Origin: Catajapyx aquilonaris
Taxonomy: Eukaryota
DNA: 64,000 nucleotides
Direction of reading: 5' to 3'
NCBI GenBank assembly: GCA_000934665.2
Contig: KZ537960.1
Span: 124,001 to 188,000, forward strand
The number at the start of each line of letters is the position of its first letter. Positions within the stretch are counted from its first letter, which is position 1. The notes below the pieces were generated by a model. It worked only from the letters and a program-made list of their open reading frames with translations. It had not been told where the DNA came from and did not search any database. Both the position numbers and the translations under genes were made by a program. Positions 52,001 through 64,000 of the stretch are shown one piece after another.

Positions 52001-53481
52001 CAAGATGGTATGCAACAGCACTGAGCCTGTGTGGAACCAGGACTTCATTGTGGAGCTCGAGGGCTCTCAGAACCTCAGGATTCTGCTCTACGAGGAAAAC
52101 CAGTGCCAAGGGACTCTTCTCAGAGGGAAGGCTACCTTGGAGGTATTTAAATTTGGACTGATATTTTTTGGGTGGATCTAGGCTCGGACAGGAGTATCAC
52201 TGTCATGTAGGAGAGTTGCAAAATATTTATGGATGCAAATGTGAACTCAATTCTTCTTCATGCTGCATACCATTACACAGCATTAATGAAACAATAGTAA
52301 CATTTGCTAATCGCAAAACTGAGCGACACATTATCTTTATTTTCAGTTGAGCAGGGTGTGGCTGAATGAATCCACTCTGGATCAGAGGATCCAGTTGCAA
52401 GAATTTGTGTTGTCCCTTTCTCTAAAGTTCATCCCCTCAGAAATGACACTGAGAAGAGTACCTGCTGGAAAGCCATCAGGATTGTTTGGTGCCAAGATTC
52501 ATCATGTTTGCAAGTAAGTGCTGTGTAACATTGTGGTGGGAAAGCGTCACTCCAACATCTTCACTATAATTTCAGGCGAGAGAAGCGTTCTGTCCCATTC
52601 ATAATCACCAGTTGCATCAGAGAGGTTGAAAAGCGGGGGATGAATGAAGTTGGAGTGTACAGAGTATCTGGTTCTGCATCTGATGTGTCACGCTTAAAAA
52701 AGGCTTATGAATCAAGTGAGTATCTGTGCTAGGCACTTGTAGCCATGTTTTCACATCCATTTACTTGGTGTGCAGATTCGTATGAAGCCGAGCAGATGCT
52801 GAAGGATGTGGACATACACTCTGTGACTGGTATCCTCAAGATGTATCTTCGTGAACTGCCAGAGGCCCTCTTCACTGACGACCTGTACCCCCGCTTCTTT
52901 GAAGCCTTCAACCAACATGAGCTGGAACTCAAGAGGAAAGGCCTTCTTCAACTATTTACCATTCTCCCACATGCTAACCAATGCATCATCATTTACTTGC
53001 TGGATCATATGGTCAGGTGAGTTGCACTTGCATTTACAGTGGGAAGTGTTCGATAGCATTTCCTCCTGTGGTATGTAGCTATTGTTCACAAGGTAATAAG
53101 GAGGCCAGGTGCAAAGCAAGCCCATACTGAGCATTTCTATTCGCACATCCTTAACTCTTGTTGTGCAAGGGAACAAAACAAGTGCATGTAACCACACAGA
53201 AACAAGAGGGGTAATGTGCCTGCTTTGTGTACTTCAGAGTGAACCAGCATGAGGGTCACAACAAGATGTCTCTTCACAACTTGGCCACCGTGTTTGGGCC
53301 CACGCTTCTGCGTCCTGGCAGCAAGTCAGACAGCGGCGTAGGTGCTGATCTGCTGGCAGCTGGAACAGTGGACGTTATGGCCCAAGCAGGAATCCTCTAC
53401 TTTTTTATTCAGAGGCGTGCAAGGGGAGAGAATTTCCACACCCCAGGTTTGGTGATGGATGAGTCAGGAGTGTGTAAGTAG
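37637..53481 (+). CDS. BCR: BCR/ABR-family RhoGEF-RhoGAP (oligomerisation, DH, PH, C2 and RhoGAP domains)
   Basis: N-terminal [16 protein letters not shown]...[15 protein letters not shown] resembles the BCR coiled coil (an in-frame ATG also lies at 37598). Exons 37637-38237, 38668-39247, 44183-44340, 48481-48569, then an exon cluster from 49463: DH ([12 protein letters not shown]), PH ([14 protein letters not shown]), C2 ([16 protein letters not shown]), GAP ([26 protein letters not shown]). Confidence 0.92.
43023..43057. repeat. (TC)n microsatellite
   Basis: Dinucleotide run of about 17 units in a BCR intron. Confidence 0.95.
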
Positions 53482-56458
53482 GTCAGTTAAGGGCAGATAC
53501 ATGCTTTTGAAACATCTGCCAAGTCAAGTTGTATAATCCTGAGAAAATGAAGAGATTCAATCAGGTACAGAAATCAGGCTGTAAGGAAATTTTGCAGAGT
53601 GTACATAACTGACAATCAGTATGCTTTCTTCTTTTTCCTACTTAACATTACCAGTGATTAGATTGTCCAGTGTCTGTTAGGGATAGGTTTTTGCGGAGTC
53701 GTGAGGTACCAAATTTAAAATAGGAACGACAGCATCAAGTGCTGCATGCCCAAGTGAATAGTTGTTATGTAAGTGATTTTAAATGTTCTCAGGCTGCAAC
53801 GTGTGGCCACCAAGCAGCTCTCAGTTGACATCAATCCTGCAGCAGGTTGGTTGTCATGCCCAGGTTCAGGATGCTGGGCAAAAAGGCATTAAGGTCAGCT
53901 AAAAAGTTCAGAGTTTGTGACAAAGGTTGTAAACAGCATTTTCCGCATCATTATATATTGATTTACACTGGTCATAGTATGAGCCTCGTTGTTATTCAAA
54001 TTATGAGAACAGGAGGCTATTCACCTCTTCTGTCATTAAAACAAATGAAGCCACAAGCAAGCTATAGAATGTGGCCTTTTTGGCTTCACAGGCCAAAAAA
54101 ATTGTCCTTGCGACAGGAATTCCAGGTTTGGAGACTTCCCAGTGCCTTTTCCCCTCCCCTCAGCACTGCCAACCGCCATGTGCTTCCTCAAAAATGCAGA
54201 TAGATTGCCGGCTATTTTTCATGTTCAGAGGCACGACAAGGCCCTTTCTCTTGTGATTCCTATTTGCAAAGTCTCCTATAAAGCGCATTTTCTTCACCTT
54301 CACTTTACGCTATTTCAAGAAGGCATTTAATATGTGGAAACAGCCATTCCTGTGAAACAGAGTTTAAGGCCTGTTGCTGCTGTCTTGGGTATTTATTTTG
54401 AGAGTCAAAGCGCAAGCAAAGGCGCTGAAGTATACTGTAAACGGAAAAAAATCATTGTGTAGTCCTGTACAAAAGTAATGAGCAAGAAGTAAGTGATTGT
54501 AATCTAATGCTTGTTCTTTAATATATTTTATAATGTCATAAAAATAGGCGAGATGAACTCTTGCAAAATGAAGACAGTGGAAAACGTTAAAATTTGTTAG
54601 GAAGCTAGTCACATGTGCATTGTGTCAGCGTGTTTTTGAGTGTGAGGTTGTATTGTGGTATGTGCCATCATCAAATTAAAGCAAGTGTACCAAAGTATTA
54701 CTGTTGCTCAGTTAGTGGTCTACAGGAAGATCTAATAATATATATGCACCCTTCTATTCAGCTAGAAGTACTCAGTACTATTAGGTTGTCAATTCCATGC
54801 TTTCCTTTGCCTGGCGATGAATGAACAGTTAGCGAAACTGTGATACAACTCGGCAGACACTAGTTACCCCCATTTTGTGATCCTTCAGCATGATGATGTC
54901 TAGCTCCACTTTTACTCGATATCGAATTTATCTGGTAACATGGTAGTCCATGTCATTCTCATATGTCACATAAAGATGGTGTAGAAAAAAAAAAATTGAA
55001 ATGGCAGAGATAATGTGAAGAAAAGTAGATTTTCTTCGTATCGTAATAAAATTTTTATTACCTTGATCTCCCTTGGAGTTTGTAATTTTTCTGACCATTC
55101 ACACAGTTGCACATTCTAAATTGCACTTATGCCCAGTTACACCAACCAATTTAACTGTTAATTAAGAGCTAACTAAAGCTCAGCACCCCCATAAACAGCA
55201 GATTGCATTCCTCCAACATGATGTTCGTAAAGGTTTGTTGAATGCATTTGCAGAAGCATTTACCACTGATCGTTTGCTGTGTGTAGAAACTTGAGGATTG
55301 CTGAAAGAACTAAGATTGGATAGGATTTATTATTTCTGCACATGTCAATCCACTGCAGCATAGACAAACAAGATCCTCGGAGATATGGTTTGGTGCCAGG
55401 TTTACAGGATGATCCATTTCTGATGAAACACCCCTGCGTTAAAGTGTGAAGGGAAGGGGTTCAATTTTGCCACCTTCTGTCCATCAGTTATTCGTCGTCC
55501 TGCCAATGTATCATGGTGTAAATGGTGTAAATGCTATGCAAATCTGATGAAGCTCTTATAATGACCATGTCGCATGTGATACCTGTAAAGGCAAGAGGAG
55601 TCTAATTTGACATATGTGGAATACTTCGGGCAAATATTTCATTGCACCAGTTGTAAACACATTTCCCAGCGTAAAAGTGCACATGGAAGTACATATCGAG
55701 CATTACTTGCCATGTACTGTACATGGCAAGTTTATCACTGGCAAAGACTGCGAGCATCGTAATTAAAAATGGCACTGGTTATCATAGTGTATGCAGTAGA
55801 GCAGCTGGAGATCACTTGATTTGGTACGATGAGCCAGGCTCTCTTTCGATGTGATTTATTTATTCATTATACATCGCATAATTTATTTAAATTTTTTCTC
55901 ATTATTTTCATGGTGTTTGTTGTCCCAGGTCACAGATGGATAAGTGGTCCATGCTGTACATTGCAATAATCTGTACTGTATTAAATCCATGGCACTTTAA
56001 GGTCAGAGCTACATATGTGCCAGCTGATGTGTTTGCAAAGGGCATGAAAGGTGACACTAATGCATTTAATGCACATGCATTTAAATAACTTACTTGAATT
56101 TAAAATTCAAGTGTCCGATTTGAGATGTTACAAAAAAAAAAAACCCGTTCTGCACTACTCTCTGTAACATCAATATCAAACATGACATGCCGTCAAAGCT
56201 TACATTACTTGCTGAAAACTGTTAATGCCTGTATATTGTCATTCATTGCGGCATTTTCCACTGTGTTCTGCACAAAGTGCCAGGATAACAAAAAAATGAA
56301 CATGGAAATTGTATAATAAATGGATGATTCAGTTTTGGAAATAACCGTGAGTTCACGATTTCAATTATATCTGGTACCCCTGTCAGAATAAAAGGTATGC
56401 AACTTCGGCTCTTTTTCAGACATTCTAGTGAAGACACTTTCCAATACCAAAGTTTGTC

Positions 56459-56735
56459 AGGGGCGACACGGTGGCGGAGTGGTTAGCGCTGCAGCCTTCC
56501 ACCTCTAAGGTCCCGAGTTCGATCCCCGGGTCGGACGGAGGATTCTTATGTGGATAGAGTTTCGATGGGTTCTCTCCGTGTTCGCGTGGGTTTTCTCGGG
56601 GTTCTCCCGTTTCCTCCCACTATCAAAATCCATCACATTACAGGCAAATGATTAAAATCGGTTATTCAAAAGATGATCCCCTAAGAGGCCCAAGGAGGCC
56701 TAGCACGGGGTATCCATTATTATTATTATTATTAT
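56459..56735 (+). mobile_element. tRNA-derived SINE with V-domain-like core, (ATT)n tail and 14-bp target-site duplication
   Basis: Pol III A box TGGCGGAGTGG and B box GTTCGATCC; core GTTCTCTCCGTGTTCGCGTGGGTTTTCTCGGGGTTCTCCCGTTTCCTCCCAC; (ATT)7 tail; TACCAAAGTTTGTC at both 56445-56458 and 56736-56749. Confidence 0.9.
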
Positions 56736-57414
56736 TACCAAAGTTTGTCTCATTAGGTCACATCCACCGAGGACAAGATCTGTCGTTGAGACAATAATGT
56801 TGAACATCTCAGCGTGTCAATCAGGTGAGTGTAAAGTAGATCTTCAAAGCTTGGTTTTGAGCCACATGCAAAAACCGCATTTCAAAATCACATTTCGCAC
56901 AACTTTATTAATTTTTTTTTTCCAATTAATTTTTGAAATGGGGGCGATTCATACTCCCGCTCCTTTTGGGCAGGGAGTGACGTCATATTCGAACCCTCCA
57001 ATGGCGAGTCAGAAACGTGTGAGATCACCTGGAACATGGTCGACCTTGGTGTGTCACAATGCTGTGCGGTGTTTAGGAGTTCCGAGTATTACTAGACCGT
57101 GGGTATTCCCCACTTTGGTTATTTCCTTGCACTTGCTGGTAAAAGCCACGAGGGCAGTCTGGACGTAGACCTACTGTGGGTCATCAGATGTCGTGGATCC
57201 ACTAGACGTGGCGCCGGCACCTGCACCTTCCTGCTGCTGATGAAAACATTGCACCATGTTGTGCAACCACTTCTTTCCTATATAATCCCCCTTCATCATC
57301 GACCCTGTGGTGATAGCACGCCAGACGTCACTGATAGGTTGCCAAGCACCTCCAGGACTCACACTGCCCAGTGCTTGCAGGTCTTGACTGAATAATACTG
57401 CAGCAGGTGCAGCC

Positions 57415-60400
57415 ATGTCCAGGCAGCAGCAGCAAGGCACCAACTCCTCCTCAGGGGGGGCAGACATGAGTATTTATCGCATCCCACCTTACCAGTATGT
57501 CCATGTGCTCGACCAGACCACCAATGTCACCAGGGTCGAGACTGGGCCGCAGACATTCATTAGGAGGGAGAATGAAAGGTACCGTACCTTGGCGTTCATC
57601 TGCTGTGAAACTTACAAGTGCAGCCTAATTACTTGCACCTTTCTATTTGTAGGGTTGTGTCTGGGCCCCAGCAGATGATAGTTGTTCCTCCAGGAACCTA
57701 CTGCACCATAGAGAATCCAGTTTTGAGAGGTGCGGAAGGAACGGTGCTTCTTGACAAGTATGGCCAGGCTCGATTGTGCCATGGAGATGAAGAAGTCAGG
57801 CTGGAGCAAGACCCATTTCCACTCTATCCTGGGGAGGTCCTGCATGTCAAAGTGACCAAACTGCAGGTGCTCTTTCCATACCAAGCCCTGAGGCTGTTTG
57901 CGAAGAGGGACTTTGATGATGGAAACGCCAAGAAAGTGGCTGGGGACGAGTGGTTGTTTGAAGGCCCAGGTGAGGGACAGCCCTTATTGGTTCACATGCA
58001 TAGTGTTGCAAAATTGTCTCGAGTAATATTGATATGCAATCATGATTATAACCTAACAAAACACTTGCACAGCCATGCTAAAGTCTGACTTTTTTAGGCA
58101 CCTACATACCTCGCAAGGAGGTGGAAGTACGATGCCTTATAGACGGTGTGGTCATTCACCAGAATGAAGCCTTGAAACTGGAGGCTCAAAGGGACACTGT
58201 TGACAGGGATGGAAACCCAAGAGTGACTGGGGAGCAATGGCTAGTGAAGAAGGTTGGCTCCTACTTGCCTGGTGTGCACGAGGTCATGGTTGAAGTCGTC
58301 AAGGCACATGTACTGACAGAAAAAACTGCCATAATGGTCAAGGCAACCAGCAGCTTTGTGGATCAGCGGAAGATTCCCAGGAAGAATGGAGAAGAGTGGC
58401 TGATCACATTCTCAGACATGGAGACCTACATTCCAGATGTGTATGAGCAGGTGATGGGTGTGGTCAACATCACCACCCTCACTGACAGGCAGTACTGCAT
58501 CATATGCAATCCAGTGGATGAAAATGGGAAGCCACAGCTGGGGAAGAAGAAACTGGTCAAGGGAGAGACTTCGTTCTTCTTGCAGCCACAGGAGACCCTT
58601 GAGACTGGAATCAGGGGCATTTACGTCATGAGTGACAATGAAGGGCTCATTTTGAGTTCTCAGCAAGCCTTCGTAGACACCACTCAGACACCTGTAAGTA
58701 GCTGTAACACAATAGTGATGTGCAATCCCAGGGAACTATTTCGTCACTTTTTTGTCAGTTTTCCTGGAAGAGTTATCAATTAATGATTTTATGAGGTATC
58801 TACATTTTAAAATGCTTTTCAAGTCATAGAAATTTTTCCACTTGTTGCATTGTTGAGTTTATGACTGACCGGCACAAATATCTGGCGATGCCCAATTTTA
58901 CCAAAATATTACTGTGAACAAAAATGCAGCGTAAAATTAGTATCATAGTGAATTAACAATGACGCTGCCACTTTTTTTTTCTGATGCATTGAAAACCCTA
59001 ATGCGAAATTTGGTCTCACCAGGCTATCCAGCGAAAGCCTGGTGACCGGTGGATGATTGTAGGACCAGCAGAGTATGTCCCACCAGTAGAAGTGGAGGTG
59101 ATCACAAAGCAGAAGGCCATCCCACTGCATGAAAATGAGGGAATTTATGTGCGAAATGTCAAGACAGGTCAGGTGAGATCTGTCATTGGCCATACTTACA
59201 TGCTGACCCAGGATGAGGAGCTGTGGAAGAAGCAACTGCCATCCTCTGTGCAAGAGCTACTGATGACTAAGCACGACCCAGTTTCTGACCGAGGAGTGCA
59301 TACAGCTGCATTGTCTCAGCAGACGGCGCCGAAGAAGGGAGGGGAGAAAACCAAGGAGTGGGATAGCACCAGGGTGGTCACATTTCAAGTTCCTCACAAT
59401 GCAGCTGTACAGCTCTACGATTACAAATCTAAGAAGTCCCGGTGAGTTATTTGAATTATGCTTATGTTGGGAAAGAAGGGAAAGGCAGCAACAGCAACAG
59501 GTGTCAATTTCACATGTTTTCTGCTTACATATGCAGCAACACATCTGGCACTCTTGCTCCATTGTAGTTCATGCCTGTTTGCATATCGGGAGTTCAATAT
59601 CTGTCATAAGTACAATGAAGAAGATGATGGTGCAATTTATGTAGTTGCTCAATGGAAATTTGGAGTAAAAGAAGCCGTAGGTGGACCCTATCTTCATTGA
59701 CCAGACAATAAGTTGTTGTAGGTCACACAGTGCACTCTGCAGGTGTGACATTTCATAAAAAGCAGTGGAGCAGAATGTTGATGTTCATCATTTACTTTGA
59801 ACTTGTAGAATTGATACCTTTATTTACCATGAAGTTCTCAAATACTCTAACAGATTATTATTTACTTACAGCGTTGTATTTGGACCTGACCTAGTGATGT
59901 TGGGCCCAGATGAAGAGTTCACTCAGATATCCTTGTCAGGAGGGAAACCAAAACGTCCTAGTGTCATCCGCACCATGGCTTTACTCCTGGGGCCTGACTT
60001 CTGTACCGATGTCATTGTTGTGGAGACTGCCGACCATGCCCGCCTGTCCTTGCAGCTGGCTTACAACTGGCACTTTGATGCGGTTGACAGATCAGAGGCC
60101 TCAGCAGCTAAGCTGTTCAGTGTACCCGATTTTGTTGGGGATGCTTGTAAGGCCATAGCATCAAGAATTCGTGGAGCTGTTGCTGCCGTTCGCTTTGATG
60201 ACTTCCACAAGAGCAGTGCTGAGATCATTCGCACCGCTGTCTTTGGTGTTTCTCCAGATAAGAATGAGCCTCGAAACAAGCTGGTGTTTCCACAGAACAA
60301 TCTGGTGATTACTAGTGTGGACATCCAGAGTGTGGAACCAGTGGATCAGCGGACACGAGATGCTCTCCAGAAGTCCGTCCAGCTGGCCATTGAGATCACC

Positions 60401-61187
60401 ATCAACTCTCAGGAGGCTTCTGCACGTCATGAGGCACAACGGCTAGAGCAGGAAGCTAAGGGGAGACTGGAGACACAGAAGATCAAGGATTCTTCTGCTT
60501 CAGAGCGAGCCAGGAAGGATTTGCTGGAGCTACAGGCAGCCAGCTCTGCTGTGGAGTCTACTGGGCAGGCTAAGGCAGAGGCACAGGGTAGGGCCGAGGC
60601 TGCCAAGATTGAGGGGGAGGCAGCTGTTGTTCAGTCCAAGCTGAAGGCTGAGTCCACCAGGATTGAAGCAGTACGTCCACAGGATCAATTCTCTGTTTTA
60701 TCTAAATGGCCAGATATTCTATGGCTGTTAATTACAAATTTCTCATTCAACTTTGTGCGAGTTGCTTTTGATTGTCACATTCATATCTTGCTAGCAATCG
60801 GAACTGGAGCGCCTGAATTTGGCCCGCCAAGCCGAGATTGAATACCTGAAGGAACAGGCCGAACTAGAAATCAACAAGGCTAGGGAAATGGCCAAGGTGG
60901 AGGTGGATACTTTCAAGCAGATGATGGACGCTGTAGGACAAGACACACTGAAAACATTGGCCACCGCTGGGCTGGACCAACAGGTGTGTACAGGAATTCC
61001 TTACAGATCTGTAGTTCCTCTGACCACTGTCATTTAATGATAAAATTAATTTTTGCAGGTGCGTCTGCTTCAGGCTCTCGGGTTGAAGTCAACTTTGATC
61101 ACAGATGGGCGCACTCCCATCAACTTGCTAACAACTGCCAATGGCCTTTTGGGCAACGCATTGGAAAAGGCCCATGGCGCTTCCTAA
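57415..61187 (+). CDS. MVP: Major vault protein, complete, 870 aa
   Basis: Seven exons 57415-57578, 57653-57969, 58098-58693, 59023-59441, 59872-60670, 60795-60983 and 61059-61187 total 2613 nt, in frame. Vault repeats ([41 protein letters not shown]), shoulder domain ([21 protein letters not shown]), cap helix ([13 protein letters not shown]) and C-terminal [11 protein letters not shown]. Confidence 0.97.
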
Positions 61188-62947
61188 TTCTGTACTTAAA
61201 TTATGCAACTGACAACACTAATGTGTTACATCTTAGATGCCTTAGAAGTATTGATGGGTCTTGAGGAAACGAAAGGCGGACACCTATCTTGCAGTACCAC
61301 AGATGGTTCCCATGTCTCGAATCATTCCAAGTTGAGTTTTACCATGCCACCCTTCTTCTTCCAAACACCAAATACTAATATTTTCTGCAGCCTTGGGTTA
61401 TTAGCGTGATTGGCTTCGTGGTACAAACAACGGATGACAGAAATCAATTGCTGAAATTGATTTAGGACTGGGTACCATCGTTTTGGTGAGAATTCCCAAT
61501 AGCAAGTTCGATTGCTTCCAATTTGCCTGCTCAAGGCTGTGAAGCTCATACGCTGTGTAAAAACTGTCAATTCTTGCCAACCAGTATTACATAATTCATT
61601 AATTTGCAGTACCTGGAAGGCCCTGTCCCGCAGAGGAAATTCTCTCATCCGTAAGTGGGACAATCAGGTGGGATTGAACTTTGCTGATGAAAATTCTCAC
61701 TGTGATGCTGCATAAGGCTTCAGTTATTTTTTACTTTCTTCCACCACACCATCTGGAGTTTTTAACTTTATAATAATTATTACATGCAAGCCAATCGTCA
61801 AAGGAAGTTCCCCTTGTTAGCCTTGCTGAACTCCGTCCTGCGAGGTGATTAGCCAGGATTCACGTCATGTCCCCTTGTATTAAACTAGTTGGGGTCAGAC
61901 TGATGGGATACATCAAGAGAATGAAAATGTAATTATCTGCTTCATTCCCCTTTTCACTGGCTGCCAGATTGCATTACAAGCTCCCACTCTCCTTTTGGCA
62001 AATGATGCAATTGGTAATGGCACCTGAGAGCTTTTACATATGTGTGGGAATTGGATCACTAACTTGAGGTCTATTCGTTTATCAGCCTGTGTAGTGTTAC
62101 GCGACAGTGCTTGTGGCGTCGGTGTAATGTAATAATGGTACTGTAAGCCAATGTGAGGAAGGCTTTGCACTGGCCTTGTACAGTGCATTCAACAATGCTA
62201 CAACTCCAGAGCAAATGAATTGAGTACCTTGAGGCCAAAACACCTCTTCAATGAATCTGTTGCTTGAACTGGTGTTACATCAACTGGTAAACAAATAGAC
62301 CTAGAAGACCTGTATGAATTGCCAGGATGTGTTGATTACATATATGCCGTCTAGCGAAAAAGCTGTATCTGCAATAATGTTGCTTGTTGTGCTAGAACAC
62401 TGAACAACAAAGACTTATCCTCCTGCCAATACACACTGCAGTCTGAAGTAATCTAATAGAGCTGGTCGCATGCAAAGTGGGCCTTACTGTACATTGCAGA
62501 TGGGTAGATAATAGTGTACGTTTTAATTATGCAAAAAATTGTGATGCCACGCACATAGTGCACCAAGTTTTAGATATGCAATGACAACGGGACTTTTACC
62601 TGCCAACTATGGTACTATTGGGCTCAGGTTGTTTCTAATGTATTCTATTTCCCAGTGATATTACTGCTTGTTACATTTGAAATATATAAAACGCTGCTGT
62701 TGACCTTATCCCAAGGACATGATTTATTGACCTGACTTCCCTGATAGTGTAGATTACAAAGGCGGCCATATTGGGAGAAAAATATTTATTCACGCACACA
62801 TCTGCACTCTTATTTAAATAGAACATCCATCACACATCTTTGGTTGAAAATATACAGTTAGGTACAATGCTGGAATGGGAAAATAGGAACCAGTCTCGGT
62901 TGTTAGATGAGCTTTTTTTCAAAGGATATGCAGGGCAGGTGGGGGTT

Positions 62948-63583
62948 TCAGACTCGCTTCTTGCCGTCCAGCACGTAAGTAAAGTCGTCTCCGTAATGGT
63001 ATTGAGCAGACCTGAGCATCCGGATCTGTTTCCAGGCACAAACAAGGAGAACAAAGTTGACTAGGTAGGTCGCAATGCACACGACACACATGCTCTGTAT
63101 TATGAAATACTGAATGTAGCCCAGGTAGAGTGACATTAAGTTGGACGCCACCGTCATGGCAAACCGGAGCCGAGCCACCCAAAGCCACGGCAACGGACCT
63201 GAAAGAAACCACGTTGAGCCTGGGACACACTTACGTAAAACAGACACTCACCGGTTGCAGCAAGGACGCAGTAGAAAATGATTCCGTAGAGGCTGTTGGG
63301 CTGGTAGAGCGACGACTTGTCCCCAACCACCTTGTTGACCACCCCGAACCCCTTGCCGTACCTGCAACACATTGTCCTGTACCTGGCACTAGTCAAATGC
63401 ACCTGCAACTCACTTTGACATGAAGTTAGCACTACAGCTGACACCAGGACTGATGTCGCACATGGGCGTGTATGTGACATCCTTCTCCATGGTGGTCTCC
63501 ACATGCAGGGCGTACACCGACAGCATCAGTCCTAGCACGCAGGTGACCAGGTGGACAGCGGTGGTCCCGCAGCAAGCAGACAT
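62948..63583 (-). CDS. VKORC1: Vitamin K epoxide reductase (VKORC1/VKORC1L1 family)
   Basis: Exons 63583-63414, 63361-63252 and 63198-62948. Motifs LSVYALHVE, loop cysteines CDISPGVSC, YGKGFG, QPNSLYG and active-site CVVCIATY. Confidence 0.93.
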
Positions 63584-63906
63584 CCTGTGGGCCTGAACGT
63601 ATGTGCGAATGTGCAGACAGGTCGATGCTATCCTCCCGGCAGTGCAGCGCGGACTGTTTGAGTGAGCCTTCAACGCCTCCACTGGCAGGCCGCGTGCAAG
63701 GCCATACCAGTCTGGTGTAAACAGCTGACAGGAAAAAGTGCACAGGCACATATCACTGGGCGGTGCTTCGTACCATTATCGTGCAGTTGGAGGCATCTCG
63801 GCTGCTGATAAGGACACAGGGATTAGTGTCTGGAAATAACGAGGGTAGGAGGTGACGTCTCATTTGCATTTAGATTGTGTGTCTAGTTGTATTGTCGTCA
63901 ACAGGC

Positions 63907-64000
63907 ATGGGGGTGTATGCATGGGACATTGTCTTGCCGGTGCTGTCCTTCTATGTGCTGGTGGCGGCACTCACAATCCGGATTCTGGTGCAGGAGTGGA
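63907..64000 (+). CDS. Probable start of a gene with an N-terminal membrane anchor, truncated by the window end
   Basis: After an acceptor-like TCAACAG at 63904, an ATG opens MGVYAWDIVLPVLSFYVLVAALTIRILVQEW, which stays open to the end of the window. Confidence 0.45.
   Translation, partial: MGVYAWDIVLPVLSFYVLVAALTIRILVQEW

Noticed and set aside
56459..56545. A vault RNA or tRNA gene next to MVP
   Set aside because: A and B boxes are present, but the element continues into a SINE core and (ATT)n tail and is flanked by a 14-bp TSD, which indicates a retroposed SINE. No convincing vault RNA was seen elsewhere in the window.
57099..57467. Small ORFs upstream of or antisense to the MVP start
   Set aside because: No recognisable similarity; they lie in the probable MVP 5' intron or UTR.

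Overview
This is eukaryotic nuclear DNA from a gene-dense region with GT-AG introns (many 55-100 nt). The protein sequences point to an arthropod, probably an insect or other pancrustacean, but the species cannot be determined from the window. Gene order, read by manual splicing: 5' part of an SLC6 neurotransmitter transporter (-), phosphoserine phosphatase (+), an uncharacterised BC-box/LRR protein (-), CHCHD2/10 (-), an EF-hand rhomboid protease (+), acylamino-acid-releasing enzyme (-), HPS4 (+), BCR/ABR RhoGEF-RhoGAP (+), a complete 7-exon major vault protein gene (+, 870 aa), VKORC1 (-), and the start of a membrane-protein ORF cut by the window end (+). Non-coding elements include a young tRNA-derived V-domain-like SINE with a 14-bp target-site duplication just upstream of MVP, a 14 x 35-bp double-palindrome array, duplicated Helitron-like 3' ends around a 36-bp minisatellite, and microsatellites. 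The most notable observation is an intact vault (MVP) gene in an insect-like genome, since vaults are absent from Drosophila and are generally described as missing from insects. Exon boundaries were inferred by eye and no database searches were run.
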